Origin: Myxococcota bacterium
GTDB lineage: Bacteria; Myxococcota_A; UBA9160; JAFDDA01
Length of the DNA stretch: 64,000 nucleotides
Assembly (NCBI GenBank): GCA_965228475.1
Contig: OZ245817.1
Span: 1,856,001-1,920,000, forward strand
Direction: 5' to 3'
The notes beneath the pieces were generated by a model. The model was not told the origin of the DNA, did no database searches, and saw nothing but the letters and a program-made list of their open reading frames with translations. The translations under genes and the position numbers were made by a program. Shown in pieces: positions 11,101 through 18,562 of the stretch (position 1 is its first letter; each line of letters starts with the position of its first letter).

Positions 11101-11740
11101 GGGCTATGAGATCGAGGCGCGGAAGAGCCTTGGGTTCCTATCGTTGAGTTTCCTGGATCGGTTCGACATCAAGCGACCCCGGTGGCTGAAGGGCTTCGAC
11201 TTCCTCCAGTACCTCTCGGTTGGCGGCAACTTCACGAAGATCGACGCCACCGTGAAACGGACGGATGGTGCGGTTCGTGGGGCGGCCGCCTATTTCGCAA
11301 ATGTGCCATCAGGGACCTTCGAGTTCGAAAACATCGAACCTGAGCGAAGGCTTTTCAACCAGCCGGAGTGGATCCTGAATGCGGATATCAGCTTCGACCA
11401 CCCCGATTGGGGCACGAAGCTTACTCTGGCGTACTTCGAGATCAGCGACATTCTCGATGCGGCTGGCACCGCGTCCTTGAACAACTCGGGCGAGCCGTTC
11501 TCCTTCACCTTGGATCAGTACAAGGACTCGTTCCATCAGCTGGACTTCATCGCGAGCCAGAAGGCGCGGATCGAGTTCCTGCGGGCCGATCTGACGGTGA
11601 AGCTCAGCATCAAGAACCTGACGGACAGCACGCGCCGTCTGATCTACGACCCCAACCAGCTCGTCGACCGGATCGCCGAGCGCGAGTACAAGAAGGGCCG
11701 CGACTACTCGCTCTCGTTCTCGTGGAAGTGGGAGTGGTAG
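8144..11740 (+). CDS. TonB-dependent outer-membrane receptor with N-terminal carboxypeptidase-regulatory-like domain
   Basis: Signal peptide; G.V.D..SG.PVPGVTV; plug DVADALKRVSGV...IIRGLDDRYN; YSRTVARPSFREL, GNPQVK; aromatic C-terminal strand YSLSFSWKWEW. Confidence 0.92.
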   Translation: MKLLHRTWARSGTERRQPGWRLLAALLGLLLMAGPSVARAEEETGREGVLGGQVFDGDSGDPVPGVTVILTWPEPEDGSEARQAIETTDADGAYRFGSVPAGYYSVTFSKTGYRAAKMTRFEVLAGEVNRADFPLQPAPVDTADSVLELEAFVVEAEVVEDILNELELRMDSDQLLNVMSAEDFSKFAASDVADALKRVSGVNVVEGQFAIIRGLDDRYNSTLYNGAPVPSPDPDRQSVQLDLFPSDIVSNLIISKTFAPDLPSNSSGGAINILTHDYPERFEFKLSGGTGWNDNAVPTFLDFVKESATGVDKSGLSDTIESDYGGLLGGRYEIFGREVRLKLVGNRETDYETEEGMFEEREPGDPPDNPDPFGNCAVIPRFVFGVGFVCDVPLVVFPSDLNNGLLGLTGGRFEQQKSRREVQLTAYGGAGFDLDREGAHQIDGSVFYTRKKEGSVELRSNGFLPGVDLSELDPTDINNSGDFDDFVALPKSWVARSIRQSVLDTAADGPVFFTSFSESRAFERERDLRVYQANGDHDFGRLLEGLRASWAWNRSETNQNESVYGLRYFAEPPNAADVGVTDPPTDPTLYPLEFDDVLGPGPRCQSETGIESTQNCFVANNGILFSETSIFEEQDFFRFDGEFERGLFSWLTFSLKGGAWWEEAERDVQAGFLENVSVDGESNQFAIIAPTEEALGGAPFEDCDDGNCLDRDEDDVFQFVRSNTNRSERDIFAWHLNGKASFFDRLDLLAGLRRERIEIRSFNNPFGDGSGAPTFGIPRIFPSRFTLFDRLDNPDRPNEADPLNPFNEVDPMDPRVTDPDFAFNDQLLGIQVPMVPCPTADRPDRMCSDLRRGDLEGLLNGVIDEAFILPSYGVALRPLEGLTFRGAYSRTVARPSFRELGYYVTVETGTDDRTVGNPQVKLSPVESWDLRGEYVWGDLGDIVAVSLFKKNIDEPIERIVVRDPLVLTGDAEFRTFFNNPNTASLRGYEIEARKSLGFLSLSFLDRFDIKRPRWLKGFDFLQYLSVGGNFTKIDATVKRTDGAVRGAAAYFANVPSGTFEFENIEPERRLFNQPEWILNADISFDHPDWGTKLTLAYFEISDILDAAGTASLNNSGEPFSFTLDQYKDSFHQLDFIASQKARIEFLRADLTVKLSIKNLTDSTRRLIYDPNQLVDRIAEREYKKGRDYSLSFSWKWEW

Positions 11741-11753
11741 GGCGCGCGGCGTT

Positions 11754-13397
11754 CTAGTTGACCCGGATCGGGACGGGGAGCCGGGCCCGCGCCGCCACGC
11801 GCTCTCCTCCGCGCGTGGGCGGTGTGAAGCGCCAGCCCTCGACCGCGTCGACGATGTAGCGGTCGAAGTCCGGCAGGTCCGAGGCTTCGACCTCAGCGTG
11901 GACGACGTCGCCCTCGGGACTCAGGTCGATCAGCAGGACGACCCTGCCGTGGGCGCGCTTGCGCAGGAGGCGGCGCGGGAACTCGAACCCGCCAGGCTCG
12001 ATCGGCCGAGGCACGGCGTCGAGCTCGCTCCAATGGGCGGGTGTCGCGGGGTCGGGCTCGGAGGCTGCGAGCTCGACGGCCGTGGGTTCAGGGTCCGGCG
12101 CAGGGCGCGTTGCCTCGGCGACGGCCGAGGCGATGGCGTCGCGCCGCTCGGTAAGGCGGGTCTCGAAGGCATCCAGACGCGCGCCATCGCACGGGCCGAG
12201 GCCACAGAAGAGATCGTGGAAGACCGAGGCGGCGACCTTGGTGGCCGACGTGGAGCCGTCGACGACGAGGCTCACCACCGCAATCCGGGGCGCCTCGGCG
12301 GGAGCGACGCCGATGAACCAGCGGTAGCGGCCCGTGGGGTTCGTGCCGCTGAGCGTGCCCGTCTTTCCCGAGACGCGGACGCCTCCGAGGAGCGGTTCGC
12401 CCCGGGCATCGTGGAAGGCGCTTCGCGCCGTGCCGTGCTCGGTGACGTTGACGAGGACCTCTCGCAGCTCGGTGGCGACCTCGGCGGTCCAGACGGGCTG
12501 GGGGGCGGCGCGCTCCGGCGGCTGCATCGGCCGGCCTTCCGCATCCTTCACCCCGGCGATCCAGTAGGGCTCGACGAGTTCGCCCCGCGCGAGCAGCGAG
12601 GCGAGGCGGGCTGCGGACAGCGGGCTGAGGAAGGACCCCGCCAGGCCTGAGCCGAGGCGCCCGAGCGCGAGCGGTCCGTCCAGCGGCTCGAGCCGGCCTG
12701 CGCGGTGCATGGCGCCTGGGACTTCGAGCAGGCCGATCGCCCGGATGGCGCGGATGAGCGCCGTTTCACCGAGGTCCCGGACCGCGAGCCGCGCGAAGCA
12801 CTGGTTGTTCGAGGTGGCCATCGCCTGGGCGAAGGAGACGGAGCGGCCTCCTTCTGCCGGTGGTTCGAGCTGGCTCGTGTAGAGCTCGTAGGGGCTCCCG
12901 TCGTAGCGGCACGTTCGTGCCGTGGCGGTCGGAGCCTCCTGGAGCACGGCGGCTGCGGTCACGACCTTCATCAGGGATGCGGTGGGGTAGGTGCCCGTCG
13001 CGGGGAAGCGATCCGGGTCGGTCGAGACATAGGCGAGCAGGGCGCCGCTCCCCGGATCCATCACCACCACGTGGCCCAGGTCGACGCCGGACCGGATCAG
13101 CGTGTCGCGAATGCGCCGCTCGAGCGAAAGGTCGAGCGTGTACTCGACCTCGTAGTAGGCGTCCGTTTCCGCGCCGGGTGCCTCGGGCTCCCAGGGCAAT
13201 CGCTCGACCCAAGGCAGGCTCGCCCCGGTCCCGAGTGCCGCTTCCGGCTCGGGTGCGAGGCCGCGAACTCCAGGCGGGAGGAGCGTCGCCCAGGCGGGGC
13301 TCGTCGAAGTCGGTGTCTCGGCACGCGCGGCCGTACCGCTGCCCATGTGAAGAACGAGCAGCGCCAGCGACGCGGCGAGGGCCGGAGCGGGGCGCAT
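11754..13397 (-). CDS. Penicillin-binding transpeptidase-domain protein fused to a C-terminal TonB_C domain
   Basis: YTLDLSLE, VVVMDPGSGALLA, SxxK (SLMK), SxN (SNN), KTG (SGKTGT), WFIGVAP; Pro-rich linker, then a TonB_C domain. Confidence 0.85.
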   Translation of the reverse strand: MRPAPALAASLALLVLHMGSGTAARAETPTSTSPAWATLLPPGVRGLAPEPEAALGTGASLPWVERLPWEPEAPGAETDAYYEVEYTLDLSLERRIRDTLIRSGVDLGHVVVMDPGSGALLAYVSTDPDRFPATGTYPTASLMKVVTAAAVLQEAPTATARTCRYDGSPYELYTSQLEPPAEGGRSVSFAQAMATSNNQCFARLAVRDLGETALIRAIRAIGLLEVPGAMHRAGRLEPLDGPLALGRLGSGLAGSFLSPLSAARLASLLARGELVEPYWIAGVKDAEGRPMQPPERAAPQPVWTAEVATELREVLVNVTEHGTARSAFHDARGEPLLGGVRVSGKTGTLSGTNPTGRYRWFIGVAPAEAPRIAVVSLVVDGSTSATKVAASVFHDLFCGLGPCDGARLDAFETRLTERRDAIASAVAEATRPAPDPEPTAVELAASEPDPATPAHWSELDAVPRPIEPGGFEFPRRLLRKRAHGRVVLLIDLSPEGDVVHAEVEASDLPDFDRYIVDAVEGWRFTPPTRGGERVAARARLPVPIRVN

Positions 13398-13714
13398 GGG
13401 CCAGAAGATATCGCCTGATTTCGCGGAGTTGGCGGGTCTCGCCCGTCCTTCGGGCAGGAATCCGCGACGGCGGCGTTGCGATTTCGTGAGGGTCGTGACG
13501 ATCCCGTGAGCCCCTGCAACACGGGGGCAGGTCCCGCCACTTCAACCTCGAAAAGTCGTCACCCAAGCGTGCCCGCCGGATGGCCGGAGATCGTGGGGGA
13601 TGGCGGCGGATCGGAAGACCCGTCCGAGGCGTGTTCTTAATCTGCGCACCGTTCGGGCCGGAAGAGTCCGGTCGGGACGCAACAGCAGGAACCCAACAGG
13701 GAGCTACCCCAATC

Positions 13715-15403
13715 ATGAAACTGAAATTGTTTGCAGCTCTGGTGCTCGCGGCCGCCGGATTCGCCGGCAACGCGCAGGCGCAGACGGTCGTTGCCGCGGA
13801 CGTCACGTCCGACACGACCTGGAGCGGCGTGATCGTGCTCGACACGGTCATCTTCGTTCGCGACGGCGCGACCCTGACCATCCTCCCCGGTACGATCGTT
13901 CGCGGTCAGCCCCGCTCGGGCCCCGTGGTCGTCGGTTCGACGGTGGGCTCGCCCGGCGCGCTCGTGGTGACCCAGACCGGCCGCATCGTCGCCGATGCGG
14001 ACGAAGCCAACCCGATCATCTTCACGACCGCGGCCGTCGACAACGACAACGACGGCGTGGCCGACGACGATGACGCCAACAACTTCGAGGACTCCTGGGT
14101 CGCCGGCGACACCTTCCTCGACGACACGCCGGCCACGGCGCCCCTCGCTCCGCTGAACACGGCGGGTGAGTCCAACGTCGCCCTCTGGGGTGGCGTGGTG
14201 CTGCTCGGCAACGCGCCGACGAACCTCGCCAACGAGTGCGGCACGGGCTACGGCACCTGCGTGATCGAGGGCCTGACGGTTCCGGGCTTCCCGGCGGCCT
14301 TCGCGACCTACGGTGGCGTGGACCCGAACGACAGCTCGGGCATCCTCGAGTACGTCTCGATCCGCCACGCGGGCGACGAGATCGGCAACGGCAACGAGCT
14401 CAACGGCCTCACCCTCGGTGGCGTCGGCCAGGGCACCAAGATCGCCTTCGTCGAGATCTACGCGAACTTCGACGACGGCTTCGAGTGGTTCGGCGGCACG
14501 GCCTCCGGCTCGAACCTGCACGTCCTGTTCGTGGGCGACGACTCGCTCGACGCCGACCAGGGCTACACGGGCGTCAACCAGTTCGTCTTCGTCGTCATGG
14601 GCTTCTTCGACGAGAACGACGACGACAGCTACGGCTCGCGCTCCGGTGACAAGGCCGGCGAGCTCGACGGCGACGACTGGCGCCCGGACGACCCGGCGCT
14701 GTTCGACAACGTGAACGTGCGCATCAATCAGCCGCTCACCGCGATCGACTCGACGCCCTGGCCGCTCTCGCAGTTCCAGTTCCACAACGTGACGGTCATC
14801 GGCTCGACGCCGGACGCCGGGCAGGAATTCACGCCCAGCTTCCCGGCTTCGACCAACGACGGCATCCAGTGGCGCAACGGTGGCGCGGGCTACGTGTTCC
14901 ACTCCATCGTCGTGAACACCGGCGCCGAGGGCGGGATCGAGATCGATTCCGACATCGGTGACGGTTCGCCGGGCTTCGACACCACGAACAACGTGGCGAA
15001 CGGCCTGGTGGCGCTGGTCTGCTCGACCCTCGACGACGGTGCTGCGCTCTCGGCGGACGAGTCGACGGCGGTGGCCAACGGCAACGCGCTCGCCGACACG
15101 CTCGGTGGCACGCCGCCGGCCTCGAACAACGTGGTCAACAGCCCGCTGTTCCCCGGCCTCGTGAACGAGGACCAGACCTTCGACCCGACCGGTGATGCGG
15201 CCGGCAAGCTCGTGAGCACGCTCAAGAGCTCGCCGATCAACCCGCGGCCGAACTTCGGCCTCACGGGAATCATCGGTTGCCCGACGATCGACAACAAGCT
15301 GGTGACCCCGGTGACGTACCGCGGCGCGTTCGATCGCACCGCCCCGCGCCTCTGGACCACCGGTTGGACGGTCCTGAGCCTCTCCGGCCTGATCGCAGAC
15401 TGA
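13715..15403 (+). CDS. Secreted acidic parallel-beta-helix-like protein of the TBDR-associated family
   Basis: Signal peptide ending AQA; LTILPGT, WGGVVLLGNAP, YGG.DPNDSSG.LEYVSIRHAG, ELNGLTLGGVGQGT, DDGFEWFGGT, C-terminal YRGAF...WTTGWT. Confidence 0.75.
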   Translation: MKLKLFAALVLAAAGFAGNAQAQTVVAADVTSDTTWSGVIVLDTVIFVRDGATLTILPGTIVRGQPRSGPVVVGSTVGSPGALVVTQTGRIVADADEANPIIFTTAAVDNDNDGVADDDDANNFEDSWVAGDTFLDDTPATAPLAPLNTAGESNVALWGGVVLLGNAPTNLANECGTGYGTCVIEGLTVPGFPAAFATYGGVDPNDSSGILEYVSIRHAGDEIGNGNELNGLTLGGVGQGTKIAFVEIYANFDDGFEWFGGTASGSNLHVLFVGDDSLDADQGYTGVNQFVFVVMGFFDENDDDSYGSRSGDKAGELDGDDWRPDDPALFDNVNVRINQPLTAIDSTPWPLSQFQFHNVTVIGSTPDAGQEFTPSFPASTNDGIQWRNGGAGYVFHSIVVNTGAEGGIEIDSDIGDGSPGFDTTNNVANGLVALVCSTLDDGAALSADESTAVANGNALADTLGGTPPASNNVVNSPLFPGLVNEDQTFDPTGDAAGKLVSTLKSSPINPRPNFGLTGIIGCPTIDNKLVTPVTYRGAFDRTAPRLWTTGWTVLSLSGLIAD

Positions 15404-15416
15404 GAACGTCACTCCC

Positions 15417-15452
15417 TTCCGGCCCGCCTGCCTGGCGGTGGGCGGGCCGGAA
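15417..15452 (+). other. Intergenic GC-rich hairpin (mRNA stabiliser or partial terminator)
   Basis: TTCCGGCCCGCC ... GGCGGGCCGGAA 12-bp inverted repeat without a U-tract. Confidence 0.5.
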
Positions 15453-15485
15453 ACTTCTCCCTGAGGAAGGAAAAGGATTTCGATC

Positions 15486-16271
15486 ATGAAGAAACTGATT
15501 CTGTTGGCATCCATCATTGCGCTCGCGCCGGCCGGCTCCGCCAAGGCGGCGATGATCGCGGGCTTCGATCACAACTCCTACGTCGCAGGCTTCTTGTCGA
15601 CGGACGGCGCGACCCTCGTCGACACGCTCGACGCGCGCTACTCGGACTTCGACCCGACCTTCGGTGCGGGCGCGGAAGCCGGCGCCTTCGGCACGCTCTA
15701 CATGGACGGCTCGTTCGGCTCCACGGCGACGCCGCTCGACGGCTCGGACCCCTACACCTCGACCTCGGGCAGCCTTTCCTCGAACGTGACGGCTCCGGTG
15801 AACGGTGAGCCGGCCGGCGACGTGCCCTTCGGCTCGACGACGGTGCTGACTTCCGAGGGCGTGGCTCCGTTCGGTTCCGAGATCAAGATGGTGGCCAACG
15901 CGGCGACCAGCGTCGTCTACTCGGCGGACCTGTCCTCGATCGCCTCGGTCGGTGACAACTGGAACCTGAGCTTCGCGGGCCAGACGCCGATCGGTACGGC
16001 CACGGTCGGCATCGAGTTCTCGACGGACGGCGCGAACTACGTGGTGGTCGGTGACGAGACCCTGAACACCGTGGACTCGACCTTCAACGTCGTCCTCGGC
16101 GGTGGCCCGTCGGCCCAGGCGTTCATCCGCCTGACCTTCGACGCCAACCAGCCCTTCATCGACAACCTGGCGATCTTCGCCGACGTGTCGGCCGTGCCGG
16201 AGCCGGCGAGCCTCGCGCTCGTCGCCAGCGGCCTGGTCGCTCTCGCGACGGTCCGCCGCCGCCGCGCCTAG
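15486..16271 (+). CDS. PEP-CTERM sorting-domain surface protein
   Basis: Signal peptide; C-terminal VPEPASLALVASGLVALATVRRRRA. Confidence 0.9.
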   Translation: MKKLILLASIIALAPAGSAKAAMIAGFDHNSYVAGFLSTDGATLVDTLDARYSDFDPTFGAGAEAGAFGTLYMDGSFGSTATPLDGSDPYTSTSGSLSSNVTAPVNGEPAGDVPFGSTTVLTSEGVAPFGSEIKMVANAATSVVYSADLSSIASVGDNWNLSFAGQTPIGTATVGIEFSTDGANYVVVGDETLNTVDSTFNVVLGGGPSAQAFIRLTFDANQPFIDNLAIFADVSAVPEPASLALVASGLVALATVRRRRA

Positions 16272-16306
16272 CGGGAGCGGTTCGGTTCGAATCAGTAGCC
16301 AGAATC

Positions 16307-16342
16307 GGGACCGCCACCTTCGGGTGGCGGTCCCAACCTTTT
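16307..16342 (+). terminator. Rho-independent terminator-like hairpin
   Basis: GGGACCGCCACC-TTCG-GGTGGCGGTCCC perfect 12-bp stem with UUCG loop, followed by AACCTTTT. Confidence 0.7.
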
Positions 16343-16359
16343 CGAGAGGTCTCTTCTCC

Positions 16360-17214
16360 ATGCGCATCGCAGCCGTCGCCACCGCTCTTCTCCTGCTCGC
16401 CTGTCTCGTCTCGCCGCCGTTCGCATCCGCAGACGCGGGGCGCATGACGAGTGACCTTCCCGAGCACGACGCCTCGGATCCCGGGGCCGCGCCGGTGACG
16501 GCCGACAATCTCGAGCAGGCCGCGCGCTTCTGGCCCTTCCGCGTGGCCGTCCGGGAGGCTTGGAAGGCCCCGGGCACGGCCAAGACGATTCGCCCGCAGT
16601 TCCCGGGCGTTCTGGTCCGGGTGGAGCCCGAAGGGATCGCCCGGATCGACTTCGGCCGCGATGGCGTCCACCGGGTTCCCGTCGCCGCGACCGACCTTCT
16701 CGAGCGAGCGAACGCGATCCGCCTGGGCCGTGAGCCGAAGACCGCGCCGAACTTCCTGTACATGGTGGCACCGCGCCTGCTCGATTCGCGGCCCGGTTCT
16801 CTCGGATCCTTCGACTATGCCGAGGTGGCCGCGCACGAGCGCTATCTGCTCGTCTTCGCCGACGTCACGAAGCCCGGGTTCGCGGACCTCGCCGCCTCGC
16901 TACGAACGGTTGCGGGGCGGCAGGATCTTCTGCCCGTCGTTTTTCCGCAGGGCCGCGTCGAGGACGTCGTCGTTCGCGACCGCCTGCGCGAGCTCGAGTT
17001 CGAAGCCGCCTTCGTCTACGACCACCTCTCGGAGGGCTACAGCAAGGCGCTGCTCGAGAGCGCGACGCCGATGCCGGCGGTGATGGTCGTCGACCAGGAG
17101 GGGCGCGCCGAGTTCGGAGAGCCGTGGTCCGCGCGAACGGAGCAGGCGTTCATCGGGCGGCTCGCTGGCGCGGCTACTCCGTCGCGCGCGGGGTCATCGT
17201 CACGATCTCGATGA
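16360..17214 (+). CDS. Secreted hypothetical protein, possible CxxC-less thioredoxin-like C-terminal domain
   Basis: Signal peptide (ASA); RYLLVF...LLPVVFP...PAVMVVDQEGR pattern. Confidence 0.55.
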   Translation: MRIAAVATALLLLACLVSPPFASADAGRMTSDLPEHDASDPGAAPVTADNLEQAARFWPFRVAVREAWKAPGTAKTIRPQFPGVLVRVEPEGIARIDFGRDGVHRVPVAATDLLERANAIRLGREPKTAPNFLYMVAPRLLDSRPGSLGSFDYAEVAAHERYLLVFADVTKPGFADLAASLRTVAGRQDLLPVVFPQGRVEDVVVRDRLRELEFEAAFVYDHLSEGYSKALLESATPMPAVMVVDQEGRAEFGEPWSARTEQAFIGRLAGAATPSRAGSSSRSR

Positions 17215-17806
17215 TCCCGTTGTCCTCTTCGACGGAGATCTGCCACGGGCGGAAGACGGGCCGCGCCTCGGCATGCGCCTCGAAGCGGCGGAAGATGCCG
17301 AGGGGCATTCCGCGGAAGACGGCCACGGCGCGATCGGTGGGCGCCTCCTCCGCGGCGAAGAAGGTCCCCATCCACTCGAAGACGAAAGCCGGTTCGGTCG
17401 TGACCCAGGGGGAGTCCGGGTTCGTGAGCCGGTTCTTCGAGTACTGCCGCTGGAAGATGGCGGCCGCGAGCCAGTAGGCCTCGCTCGCCTCGGGGCTCTC
17501 GGGGTGGAGCGTGCGGATCAGGGTCAGCAGGCGATAGGGCTCTTCGAGGCGCCGCTCGGCGACGCCGGCGCGCGCGCGCGCGAGCAGGAGGGCCGGGCTC
17601 GCGAGGAGTTCTTCCCCGCCGGGGAGTTCTTCCTCGCTCGTCGCACCGAGCAGGCCGAACTTTCGGTCGATCAGGTCGAGGCGCCGTTCGACTTCGGCCA
17701 GGCGTTCGTCGAGCGTGGTGTCCGAGGCCGCGGGTGCCGCGGAGGTCGAGAACGGTAGGGCCACCGTGCCGAGCCAGGCGGAGGCCAGCAGAACGCTCTT
17801 GCGCAT
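17174..17806 (-). CDS. Secreted coiled-coil/TPR-like hypothetical protein
   Basis: Signal peptide; LDERLAEVERRLDLIDRK; LIRTLHPESPEASEAYWLAA TPR-like helix pair. Confidence 0.6.
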   Translation of the reverse strand: MRKSVLLASAWLGTVALPFSTSAAPAASDTTLDERLAEVERRLDLIDRKFGLLGATSEEELPGGEELLASPALLLARARAGVAERRLEEPYRLLTLIRTLHPESPEASEAYWLAAAIFQRQYSKNRLTNPDSPWVTTEPAFVFEWMGTFFAAEEAPTDRAVAVFRGMPLGIFRRFEAHAEARPVFRPWQISVEEDNGIIEIVTMTPRATE

Positions 17807-17840
17807 GGTCGATCCTCGGGTGGGTGGGGCGGCTCGCGGC

Positions 17841-18458
17841 CTAGAACTGGCCGCCTTCGAGGCGGGGGTTCAGGAAGCGTCGCTCGCGGATGGGTGCGCC
17901 GCCGGACCACTCCTTGGGCGGTCCCGGAGGCGGGGCCGGCTCGGGGGTGAATCCGAGATCCCGGAGGGCTTCGAGGTCGCCCTCGGCGCGGAGCTGGTCG
18001 ACGTAGGGCACGTTGCCGAGCGCCGCCATCTCGAAGACCGTCACGCCGGCCTTGCGCTCGTTCGGGATGCCGGTCACCCGGCCTGCGTAGACGTCGTTCA
18101 GGTACTCCCAGTCGGCGCGCCGGAAGGCGTCGTCGCGGTCGACACGAGGGCTTCTCGGGACGACGTCATCGGCGCCGGCGCTCCAGAGGCGCGGGCTCCG
18201 GTCGTTTCGCTCGAGGGCAGGGCGGGCGGTCTCGCGGGGCGCCGTCTCCCTCCGCGGATCCGCGCCGCGCCGCGCGAGTTCGGCCATGACCTGGGCTTCG
18301 AACTCGTGGGCGAGGTAGGCCGCTTCGTCGCTCACCGGAGCGGGCCGTGCGGGCGGGCGGGCATCGGGCCTCTCGGAGCGCTCCCAGGGCACGAACCAGG
18401 CACCGGCGGCGACGCCGCAGAGCGCGAGGACGGTCGCGATTTCGAGTCGACGGGCCAA
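17841..18458 (-). CDS. Membrane-anchored hypothetical protein
   Basis: GGAGAG SD then TTG at 18458; N-terminal TM IATVLALCGVAAGAWFVPW; is the real 3' part of the spurious 1096-aa ORF. Confidence 0.55.
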   Translation of the reverse strand: MARRLEIATVLALCGVAAGAWFVPWERSERPDARPPARPAPVSDEAAYLAHEFEAQVMAELARRGADPRRETAPRETARPALERNDRSPRLWSAGADDVVPRSPRVDRDDAFRRADWEYLNDVYAGRVTGIPNERKAGVTVFEMAALGNVPYVDQLRAEGDLEALRDLGFTPEPAPPPGPPKEWSGGAPIRERRFLNPRLEGGQF

Positions 18459-18562
18459 ACGGGTCTCTCCCGCCGGCAGTGTATCGACGGAACGGAGTCG
18501 GCCCGGTTGCAGCCGTGCGACGATGCGGTGAAGGAATCGCGTTCTTCGGGGCGCAGCGCGCC

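Noticed and set aside
13450..13545. Cobalamin riboswitch-like fragments (AATCCG, CCCTGCAAC, GCCACT, GACCTGCC)
   Set aside because: Fragments fall on opposite strands and do not form a coherent B12 element; an Infernal search would settle it
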